A stretch of DNA of 64,000 nt, from the NCBI GenBank assembly GCA_051362555.1, contig CM120640.1, positions 68,984,788 through 69,048,787 of the forward strand, written 5' to 3'. Of this stretch, positions 40,701 through 52,893 are shown one piece after another. Position 1 is the first letter of the stretch. The number at the start of each line of letters is the position of its first letter. Position numbers and translations under genes: made by a program. The DNA comes from Lingula anatina (lineage: Eukaryota > Animalia > Brachiopoda). The notes below the pieces were generated by a model that worked only from the letters and a program-made list of their open reading frames with translations, searched no databases and had not been told where the DNA came from.

Positions 40701-43700
40701 AAAAAGGTGACTCGGTCTGTTTTGTACATTGGGCATTGGAATATAAAATGGTATTCATCCTCAATTACCCCTTGTGTGCACAGGCGACAGATTCTGTCGC
40801 ACCTTTCAGTTTTTGGCCTGGTGTGCCGCCCAGTTTCGATGTGGAGTTTATGGTCACTAAGACGTAGTTTAGCAAGGGTTGATAAGGTGTCGTAATTTGT
40901 TATTTTATCAACATAAGTTGCCCTTTCACACTTTTGGTTAAGTATACGGAAAAGAGATAATTTACTGTTGGCTTGAAGTTTGCTATTGCATATTTGGGTA
41001 AAGTGGTCAGTTTGTCTTTGTTTGAAAATTGTGGTGAAGTTTTTTGGAGGTGACTGGCTAAGCCACACATCACCAAGGCCAAATGTGAAAAGGATTTTTC
41101 GGATACCCTCAGACCATGACATACAAGCTGGTCTGAGTGTGTGGACTGCGGGTGGGACATAGGGTGTCAGCAACTTGTAACTATTTATCTCTTGTATGTA
41201 TGCTTGTTTCATTAGTGTAGCATCAGACATTTGAATAATTTTACACCATAGTTTGACAGATGCAAACTGTATTTTGGTATAGAGGGGAAGGCGGCCAAGT
41301 TCAGTGTATACACCATAGTTTGATACGTTTTGATGGAGGCCAAGGATTTGTTTGCAAAATTTTAAGTGCAACTTTTCTGTAGGGCAGTTATCCGTTGACA
41401 CCGAGTAGCCCCATATCTCTGAGCAATATGTAAGGATTGGGGAAATGAGGGTATCAAATAATTTCTCTTTTAAGGATGTGTTAACATTACTCTGAAGTGG
41501 AAGAGACTTGGACAGACTGAAGAATGCCTTTGTAGCACGTTGTAGGAGATTATTTTTGGTTTCTGTAAAGCTTCCTGATCGATTTAGAAGGAGACCTAGA
41601 TACATGTATTTGTTGACCTCTTGGATTGGTTTTCCATACAGAAAAAAATTTTCACTGTGAGCTTTTGATTTTGAGTTGAAAATAACTACTTTAGTTTTGG
41701 TGACATTTACAGTCAGTCTCCACTTGTTACAGAAATTTTCTACTATTTCCAAACTTTGCCTTAGCCCATTGGGGGTCTTGGACATAAGGATGAGGTCATC
41801 AGCATAGAGTAAACCTTGTATTGGTATTCCATTTATATCTGGACTTGCAGCACTTTCGCTATCAATTGATCTAAGAAGGTCGTCAATAAAAATATTAAAA
41901 AGAAATGGGCTCAATGTGTCACCTTGTTTTACACCTAGTGTTGTATTAAAGGCCGGGAATATACCACTACTTGTCTTAACACATGCTTGGGAGTTTTCAT
42001 ACATGCTTTTAATGTTTTTGTACATAAGTCCTCTTATTCCTAGAGTACTTAGCTTGAACAGTAGTCCGTTCCTCCAAACACTATCGAATGCTTTTGAGAA
42101 GTCAATGAAACATGTGTATAATTTTTTCTTTCCTTTCATAAATTTTGTAATAATGGACTTAAATATAAAGATATTATCTGAAGTACCATGACCATGTTTA
42201 AACCCAGTTTGATGAGGTAGGGGTACCCCTTGTTGGGATGCGTGTGCTTGAATTCTGTTTAACAGGACCGAGTTGTACAGCTTTCCGAGGCAGCTTGTAA
42301 TAGATATTCCCCTGTAGTTGTTAACATTTGATTCATCACCAGATTTGTGGATAGGGACTATATATGCCTTGTTCCATATTGATGGGTACTTAGCACTTTT
42401 GTATATGATATTGAACAATTTTACAATTACATCTATAAGATAATCCTTCCCTGATTTTATCATTTCGTTGGTTACCTTGTCTTCCCCTGTTGATTTGCCA
42501 TTTTTCAATTTTTTTATATTGCTCATGATCTCATCAGCACTAATGTCATGGTCAAGTGCAGTTCTGTCTGGAGAATTCATTTCACTTTGCCTTAGTTTAT
42601 TTTCTATTTTAAGCTTGAAGTCTTTATCAAAGTTATGTTTACTTGATTCAGTTTCCTCACAAAGACTTTTAAAATACTCATAAAATTCACTTGGTTCAAT
42701 AAATTCAGTTTGTGTAGACTCCATATTTAAATCTTTAACCGCTTTCCAGAAACATTTGGGATTTGCATTTTCCATGGATTGCAACTTTTGAAGTAGGCCT
42801 TTTTTATATTCTTTTTTTGCTTTCTTACATCCTCTCTTATAACGATTGAATGTTTGGTAGTATGATGCATTGACTGAATTGTCAAAGGGTTTCTTGCTCC
42901 TAAGTTTTGCTAAGTTTTTTAAGTGGGACCTCAGAGATTTTAAGTCATTGCTGTACCATGTTGCCCTTTTCTTGTTTTTTCGAGGGTGGACTGAGGTGTA
43001 TTTTCTTGATTTAAGAGCCCTTTCAGCTGCAGTTGTGAATATTTCATTTACTAAGGGTAATGCCTCTTCAGGAGAGAGAGCTTGTGACATAAAGTAATCA
43101 ACCTTTTGTTTTGATTCCATGTTACCCAGGGCCTCAACAAATTTAATATGAGAATTATTTTCCCAAATGAATTTAGTTGGCTTTGGTATCAGCTGAATTG
43201 ATTTTGTATGTTTGTTGTAAGTAGTTTTGCAGTACAGTTTAAGTTCAAGTAGGGCGTGGTCAGAAAATATTGACAGATCATTGACGTGAAAGTATGGGAT
43301 GGTGCTGTACAAAGTGGCACTACAGATGACATAATCAACAATGCTGTTACCAGCTGGTTGTTAACAAGTATATTTGCCAAGTAGATCACCTAGTTTACGG
43401 CCATTTAAGCTTCTTAAATTGCAATCTTTGCATAACTCTAGCAGCTTTCCACCAAATGCATTGGCTTTTTGGGAGTCCATTGAGTTTCTAGGAGGGGGTG
43501 GGTTGTATGCATCACTGAGATAATGGGCCCCAGAAATTAAGGTTAAGTCTGTGCTGTCATCTGTGATAAAGTCTGAGTTAACTTTCGTTCTGGCATTGAA
43601 ATCCCCTTGGTTAATTATATTACAGTTAGCTGACACAGTTGTAAGTTCAGCTTTAAGTTTATCGTATGGGTCTGCATTTTCATTGATCACAGAGTTGGGG

Positions 43701-46700
43701 GGACTTATGTAGACTTATTAATGCTATAGATGAATAACAGTGCCTTATTATCCTCAAACACATTGGGATTATTCATATCATGTTAATACAGCAAGATTAA
43801 AAGTTTTTTAATTTTTTTCTAAACACTGGCATTTTCAACTCCCATCCACCTGAAGCTCTTCAGATTTTCTGTATTTCCACATAAGCAGTTGCATAGGTTT
43901 TTATGTCTTTAAACATTATGTAATATTATTTTATGCACTGTCAACATTTTTCAAATATTGGGCTTTTCATTATGTGAATTTCAACTCTCATGGTCCAGAA
44001 ACTATAATCTTATTGCAGGGGTGGATTGAGGCCGTCTTCTGGGTCTTTCAGATGACGGTCAGATTTTAAAGTTTACATTGACTGGTATCAATTTTTTTCT
44101 GTTGGAAGACCATCAAAAGTGGAGGATGGATCAACAAATATAGTTTGGAATACTGTCAGAAAATATCTCTGGATCTGCTCCAGTTATTGAGCATGTTACC
44201 TGTTGTGCATGATTAAAATTCAGTGTTGATTGACAGTGCTATTATAAGCATTATTTAATATTGCATCAAAATTGACAAAATGACCCATTTTCTATAGGTT
44301 AAGCTCTCTTAACTGTGTCACATAATTAGAAATTGGTGATAATTATGCAGGTAAATGCTGTTTAATATTGCAAATAAGTTTACAAAAGAAAAAAAAATTG
44401 TGTAATGCCAACATTAATGCTATAGATGAATAACAGTGCCTTATTATCCTCAAACACGTTGGGGTTATTCATATCATGTTAATACAGCAAGATTAAAAGT
44501 TTGAATAGCAGCTTTATTGGAATTTTTTTTTTTGTGTGTGTTTTCTTTTTAATTTTTTTTCTAAACACTGGCATTTTCAACTCCCATCCACCTGAAGCTC
44601 TTCAGATTTTCTGTATTTCCACATAAGCAGTTGCATAGGTTTTTATGTCTTTAAACATTATGTAATATTATTTTATGCACTGTCAACATTTTTTGAAATA
44701 TTGGGATTTTCATTATGTGAATTTGAACTCTCATAGTCCAGAAACTGTAATCTTATTGCAGGGGTGGATTGAGGCTGTCTTCTGGGTCTTTCAGATGACG
44801 GTCAGATTTTAAAGTTTACATTGACTGGTATCAATTTTTTTCTGTTGGAAGACCATCAAAAGTGGAGGATGGATCAACAAAGATACTTTGGAATACTGTC
44901 AGAAAATATCTCTGGATCTGCTCCTGTTATTGACCATGTTACCTGTTGTGCATGATTAAAAATCAGTGTTAACTGACTGTGTTATTATAAGCATTATTTA
45001 TTATTGCATCAAAATTAACAAAATGACCTATTTTGCATCTTTATTATCTGTTTTTTGTCTGTACATTTGACAGCTTTGCTGCCTTGTTGGCATTTATAAC
45101 CATTGGTGCATGGAAAGGACATAATTTGAATTATTATATATTAAACAGCTCAGAATAAAATCTCTTATCTGGGGATTTGAGTAAACATAATATTGACTGG
45201 TGGTCATAGCCAAAGTTTATGACCAATCAGAGTAAAGAAAACAAATCAACAATCAGAAGACTGCACAGTAAAGGAAGAATCATCAATTTGATGACAAACA
45301 ATTTGGCAGATTTCAGCAATGCTGCAACTTTTGATGTAAACTATATATTGACAACTAGGTTTTAAGTAATATAATAAAAGATTGATTGACTTTCGCTTTC
45401 AGTCAATATGCAGTTTTGCATGTCTAACTCAGGAAAGTCAATATAATTGTGCAAAATCTAAGGAGTAAAACTGCATTCTTTGTATATGCAGTCAGAATGC
45501 CATGTTTTAAATACATATTTTCCTTTTTTCTACAAACGTAGGTCTACTAATCATCCACATTCCTGCTGTGCCTATGATGTATCTGCTATGGAAAATGGGA
45601 CACTTATAACAGTTGGTGGTAGTGACACGTTGTACTACAGAAATGGTTTCTTTGATAGCTGGCACCTAACTTCTGAGGGTAAATAATTTATAGTGAAATA
45701 TATGGAAAAAATGTGGTGGTGATTTTACATTCTCTAGTGATTTCATTACATGTGAGTATCATTGTTACATTGAAATTAAGTGTAGCATGATAAATGGAAA
45801 CTGATTAATGTCATTTTAATATTAAATCAGTGCCTAATGTTGATGGAAAAGCTTGAGTATGTACTTTGTGGCACCGACCCAGGTATTGCTTTCATTGCAG
45901 TTTAATGCTCATACTAAAGTTGACTATCCAATAGACTCTGGTGCAAATCAAGTCCAATTATAAGTACATATCAATAAGTTGCTTTAGTGATAGCATGTTG
46001 CAAAAATAAAGTTTTCTGGTATTGTTTATAGCATGCTGTGTTAAAAAAGCAGCTGTCATGGCAGACGGGAGGATAATTGGGGCAGGCACAGACAACCAGC
46101 TGAAGGTTAAGCAGAGTTTGAATGACCCCTGGGTGACCATTCCTAGCTCCTGCTGTATCATAGACGTCGCAATCACACCAGATGGCACCATTGTTGGCCT
46201 GGGCACCAATCAGAATTTATACCTGCGCCAGAAGCTTGAGTTTCCATGGGTTCACGTCCCCAACTCTTGTTGTGTCACAGACATTGGTTCAAGTATGAGA
46301 CAGAAAATATATAAGAATTTTTTAATGTCATCAAACTTTCATTTTATTCATATTTAGAGACCTTTTTCTAGAAGTTAAATTCTTAATAAGATTTTTGTTT
46401 TCTCATTCAGAATTTTTTACATATGTAAAAGTTACTTAAAAAAAGGAGTTATTAATTTTAACATTTTTTTTTAATTATCTGTTTGTTATTTGGGCAATTG
46501 TGATTGAACATTGCTTATGTCATGGCTTAAATGATTTTTATATCTATTTATCAATACATCTGTATGATTGCTTTTCCATCTTATTAATGAAATTATTTTT
46601 ATGACAGTAGCATTCTAAATTGCATATTGTGCTTAATTTTCCAGAATTATTATCTCTGCCTGTGTTGGTTTGTTAGTTGCCCCACTCAATAAATTACAGG

Positions 46701-49700
46701 CAGATAATGTTAAAATTATCAGGATGGATCAAAAGTGGGTTAACTTAGAATCGATTAGATTTGGCGATGATCCATTAATTAATTGAATAATTAATGAGTA
46801 TTGAGCTGCCATGTCAGAGGTCTGAGCTCTCTGAGAGCTTTTCTAGTTTTCAGTATTTTCAGTATTTTGACATATGTAATGATATATGTCCTTTGACTAC
46901 TCTCAGATGCATTTGGGCACCGTTTTGATATCACCAGCAGTTATTTGGATGGGACAATATCAGAGTCCTCCCACTGCTGCACAAACAACCTAGCTGCTGA
47001 CTGCGGGACGGAGAATGGAGAGTAAGTGTATATGTCTGTGGGTCTTAAATTGGCTTTGACAGCATGCCATTCTGTTTGATGTTTAGAATTTTGCATGGAA
47101 TATGAGATGTCAGCTTCTGCACAGCAAGGGTAGGCTGAATAGGTCTGAATAGCTGTGTTAGGCAGAGCCATCTCCATCATACTAAAAGAAGAACTTTTGT
47201 TAAATTTAGGTGGTGTTTTCTTGTAACATATTACAAAAAGTCAAAAAGTTTTTGTTCCTTTTTTTAGGCTATTCACAAGTTATGGATCAACTATTGCTTG
47301 GTGTTCAAGCTCTAATGATGAATCTCAGTACCTTCAGGTTGATTTGGATGACATTTACCTGGTCTCTAGGGTTGCTGTTCAAGTAGGTGAAGTCAAACAT
47401 AACTGATTAAATGGTTAATGAACTGGAAGGACCCAAATTTTTGGCACCTATTTTTCATTCGAATGGAAAAAATCAATTTGGTATTGGTTTGGTAAATGGA
47501 AGAACTTTACTGAAACTAGAAAAAGAACTGAATACTGTTGTTTTTATGCTCTAAAATTGCAAAACAGTGGATTTGACATTTGCACCCTCTCTAGTTGAAA
47601 ATCAAAAATTCACCAAGCTAACCTGAAATATATTTGTTATGCTTGTAAAAGATCTTATCTTTAAAAAAACATATCTACTATTTACTGAGGGTTGTTGCTC
47701 GTTAACCAAATAATCAACTTTGTCTGGCCTTAGTTGCAAGTGAATCATAAAAAGCTTAAGAAGCAATCAAATATATATATAACCAAACAAACAACCAATG
47801 AAACAGAATAAATCAAAAGTCAGAGTTCATTTTCCATGACACCATATATTCCCTCCATGTATTATAATGGCATTTTTCTCTTTTTTTTCAAAGTTTTCTT
47901 GATTTTCAGTACAGTTGTTGTCATTACAACTCTGATGACATTGTTTACCAATGGAGAAGGACTACAAAATGCTGTATTAAAAAGGCTGAATTTGTATGAA
48001 TTCTATTGATAGATGTATAAACATTTGTACATTTGTTATAATGTACAAGAATATATATTTGTTCTATAGGTTTTTTTCCTAAAGAAATTTCTTTTCAAAA
48101 TATTATTCTGCATGACACATGTACAGTTTCTATATCTTTCAGGGACGGTATAATAGCAATCAGATGGCAAAAACTTACCAAGTGTTTTATTCTACTGATG
48201 GGACACATTTTGATTGTTATAGAGAGGATGTAAACTCTCACTGTATGGTAAGGTGTATAAAGATTCCAATTACTCATTCCCAATAGAATTATTGTTCTAC
48301 ATTGATCAATCCAAATCTGCGGGGACTTGCTGAATGCAATCAGATTAATGTCTGATAGAATACAGAAAATCTTGTGAAGAGGCATGTAAATCTGTTAATC
48401 TGAGTGCATTCAGCTGGAGTACCCCCGGATGGGTCAATCTACGATGAATGATAGTTTCTTTTGGAATGAGTAAAAGTATTAAATTGATAAATGTTTTGAG
48501 TATTTGTCTTCTTTCTTAAATAAATCATAGGTTTCGTTCACATTTCATTACTTCATATATATTATTTATATAACTAGATAGGCTTTGTATCCTTGGATCT
48601 TTTGGGGGTCAAAGAAGCAAGAAAATAGCTCTGTGTGTTTTTGTCCCATTCATTTATTCACACACATTGTTGGTGGTACCCACCCCAAAAGATGGCTGAC
48701 ACTTCTGAACGTCTACTTTTTTCTCTACATACGAATTTTGGAAGTTCTAAGAAATGAATTATTCAGTTGTTTGCCTTGTTAAATAAAATAAAACAGTGGC
48801 GTTTTATATATAAAAATGTTTTATATACACAAAATCATCCTTATCAAATTTAATGTAAGCCTATTTTAATATATGAAACTTTCTATAATTGCTTTATTAC
48901 AGACCATTCAACATGTCAAGATCCATTCTGTTTACTGAAAGTTTTTTACTTCCAGATGTTTTCTGCCAACCAAAATAGTTATGCCCATGTCCCTGTAGTT
49001 CAGTCATTTAACCACTCCGTGTATGCTAAACACATACGATTTAGATTCTGGTCTTGGGTAAACCATTTATCGGCTAAAGTAGGAGCTTTTGGCTATAAAC
49101 CAAGTAAGTTCCTCTGTTGAAAGCAAATAAAAAAATATGTCTGTTTAGTGAATAGTTTTTTTTTCTGTTGGTTCTCTCTCACATACCAGATCTGGTATCT
49201 GCTGTTATATTTATGAGGAAAAGAGTATTAGTTTTTGATCTTGCATAGTCTGACAAAAGATTTAGTAATAAGCAAATTGCATTACTGTTTGTGCTGTCCT
49301 TCACATGAAAAACCATGACAATTAGAATATAAGTCTCCATCTCCCAAATGATTAGAACTACAAGTGGATATATATGAAAATAAACACTTTTCCAGGCCGT
49401 TTCCTTCCTCACCAGAATTTAACCAATGCAGGTATCACAGGCACTTGTAGTTATAAGCGTAGTAATGGTGACATTGTCATGGTGCTGGCCCAGGAACACG
49501 ATGCTTGGTATAACACAGAAGTGGATACATACGGCTATGTCTATGTGTGGAACAAGGAGATGAAGATGTTCCTGAGCACGGCAGCACTTCCGGTATGTCG
49601 TTTACATTTTGAATATTCATGTCTTTGATTCAGAAAATGTATGTTTCAATTTTAGGTTTGGAGCAAATAGAAAATAATTGACAATTAAATCAGTACATCA

Positions 49701-52700
49701 AAAAAAAATGGTTAGCAATGAGTTCAAAGTCCAAAACTTTTCTTGAAATAAAGTTGGAATCAAATATCACTTAAAGGTACATCAAAACAGCTTTTTCTAA
49801 TGTGAAAAAAAGATGTATTGTTACCTCTTTTTTCCTTTTACTTAAGACCCCATATGGAGGCAGTGATTGCGGTTTGTTTGAGAGCAACAATACTATGCAT
49901 GCTGTTCTAAAAAGTGACCCAACCGATAGTCTTGTCTTCAAACTGCCTGATGCGATCACAAGACCTACCACAAGTAAATATTTTTTTTAAATTTTGATTG
50001 TATTACTTTTGCTGTTTGGCTGCAATCTTTTTTTTTTTCACGTTTTTACTCCATAGCCTGCAGGTGCTACCATCTGGATACAAAAAAAATATGTATAAAT
50101 AATGGTTGTAAATTGCACAACTTTGCCAGTCAGGCATTTTAGGCATTTTAGTTTTGATAAAACTGTAATGACTAGAGCCTAGATTGCAATGAAACTGTTA
50201 AGTGTTTTCACCAGGACAGCAGTTAAATGTTCTACCAAGTGGTACTTATATTGACTTCATATAACATTGAACATTGAGCATGTCATTATGTAGTAAAAAT
50301 GTTATTTCTCTTTTTTTTTAATTTGATTTTCAGTGTCAGTAATTGGAGAGGATATAGTGGCAACCACACGTAAAGATGCCAGTCCGCACTATTATGTGGT
50401 AAATTTGAGGCACATTTTCCCCTCTGATGGTAAGATCACTAATAGACTAAGATACAGCTAGAAGATTTTTCTGGAAATGTTAAATTATCCCCTCAATCAA
50501 CAAAAACCTTGAGCAAACTATGATCTGAATTGAGATGCATTTACATTATCATTCTCATATGCAACCATTATAAAACATAGTAAAACATAGTGAGCACACA
50601 ACTTGAATCTACATTGTTGCCCTTAATATATTATAAGGTAGCCTGCATTCCATTTATTTTCCCACAGGTGAGGTATTTGCCTGGCAATACTATGCCGCAG
50701 GTTCCGGGGGACCTTTGATTTTCTATATTTTCCGCCCTCTGTCTGGGACTTGTCAGTTTGAAATAGTGGGAGAATATAAGGTGAACTCAGTCAGAGAAAC
50801 TGGATATAGAGAGGTAAGACTATAGATCTACACTTTCACCTTTCATCATAAATGCAATTCCTGTTTATTGCATTCAATAAAGATTCATTCATCATAACAT
50901 TTTTGCTGTGAAAGTTACTTTGTTGTACATATTTTTGCTCCTGTGGAAAACAAATTATCTGAGTTAACCCAGTATGATTTTTTAGTGTAAAATCATTAGA
51001 GATCAACTTTTACCCTTATCGCTAAAAACTTAACCCCACTTCAGATGACAAAATTATCACACCTAGTCTCACTTTAGGCTATTTAGGCTATGTTTCCCGT
51101 TGCTGTATATATCTGGTCACCCTCACTGACATGAAGCTATTGTTGACATTTACAGAATGAAAACCTTGAATGTTCATTAATCACATTAAGAATGGTGTAT
51201 GTAATGTCATTCATGTAAGAAAAAGATAAATGAGTAAAAACATTAATATATCAGTGTGTTGGGCATTTGTGATGCTTTTAATGTATAGAATAGAACTACT
51301 AAGTAGCCTGCTTTTCAATTTTGTTATTACCTCTCTATAGGAATATTCTGATATACGACTTAAAAATACAACATCAATAAAATTCACAATTTCCCCATTG
51401 TCATTACCGTTACCGCAGTGTATGACATCACTTTCACCTAAGCATAATGTGTGACATTCAACTTCTTTCACTTCAGATAACTCTCCCTGTTAACCAGCGG
51501 ATGCGTGTTAAGGCAGGGGACCTGTTTGGTTTTGCATGGTTTGATACTGGGATTATGGGCTTTCCAAGTCATGACTGTGAGTGGTATAGACAGAGAAAGC
51601 AGTGAATTTAAACCAAAGACCTCACAACTTAGACTATTTGTTTTTTAATGTTAAAGGGGAAATCAAATTTGGTTTTAAACACTCGTGGACATGCCAGTCA
51701 GTACTTAAATAACAGAAAAATATCAGTTTCTGTATCAAACTCCTCAAACTTCATTTGCGTCTGTAACATTTTTTTCTAAATAGTTCTTCTAGGAACCCAT
51801 GTACTTCATCTACTAATAAGATAAAAATATGTGCATAAAATCTCTCCCACCCTCATATCCATCTGTTGCATTTCTAATTATTATTCAACATATACAGGGA
51901 ATGTTACAATACCAACCTTGATGCCTTAACATCTCTTTCTATTTCAGCTACCATGCAGGATGTGTATCTTCCCCTGGCTGCAAGCATCTGTCTGGCATCA
52001 CATGGTGGCACAGCTCCTACTGCTGGTCAAACTGTGACGCTTTCGACTGATTCCCCAAGATATTACTCTATGAGAGCAATATGGCAGCCATACAATGGTG
52101 GGTTCATCACACAATGTGGTGATATTATATTGACACAAAGACAAAGATTGCGATGTCATGCTATATTGCACAGATATACCTCCTGTTGTTCAATATGATT
52201 TTCGAAAAGAAAACCAAATTTCCTATTAAAAGATTTGTAAAACTAATAATTAAATATATCTCTAAGCGAAGTACAAAATGCACAGAAAAGTGATACACAT
52301 TCAATATATAAAAAAAACAGACTTGGGATTTCGTGATTTTCATCAGCCTTTAAAGATTTGAAAGGTCATCATCAATCCAGCATTTCCATTATGTTTTGTA
52401 TATAAAGATGTATGTATGTATGTACAGCCATTTTTGTTTCTTACAGATTCCAATAGTCCCCAAGCTCTGGGTATGGAGAGTGGTGCTATCCCAGATAGTG
52501 CCCTCAGTGCTAGTCATTCACACGGTGACTGCCACCTCACCAGAGCCAGGTTGAACTATTTTGATGACACTATCATTGGCAATTCTTGGTGTGGTCTTAC
52601 TTCTGGCACCTACTGGTTACAGATAGACTTACAGGATTACTACATGGTCACTGGGGCTGCCTCTCAGGTGATTCAGTTCTATACCAGTATAGACTCTGAC

Positions 52701-52841
52701 TGTAGCTGAGGTCAATATTTTATTTTTAAAATTATTCTATTGACTCTGCTTCTTGACTCAGTTCTCTACCAGTGTAGACCCCGACTATAGCTGAGGTCAA
52801 AATCCTGGGGATTAAAGTGGTGTGTGTGTGTGTGTGTGGGT

Positions 52842-52893
<52 letters not shown>

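Larger units (their letters stand above)
36197..45088 (+). mobile_element. Large non-autonomous Helentron-like element (HINE/DINE-1/pearl-type) with internal satellite and nested insertions
   Basis: 5' end: TTTTT, a perfect 14-bp hairpin (tatgtacagacaca-ga-tgtgtctgtacata, 36201-36230), then a GTC/GCC microsatellite. 3' end: matching subterminal IR tgtctgtacat (45056-45066), short hairpin gacagc-ttt-gctgcc, then TTGTT. Confidence 0.75.

Noticed and set aside
52673-52800. Imperfect ~43-bp direct repeat just after the donor at 52667
   Set aside because: Small local intronic duplication with no coding or structural signal.
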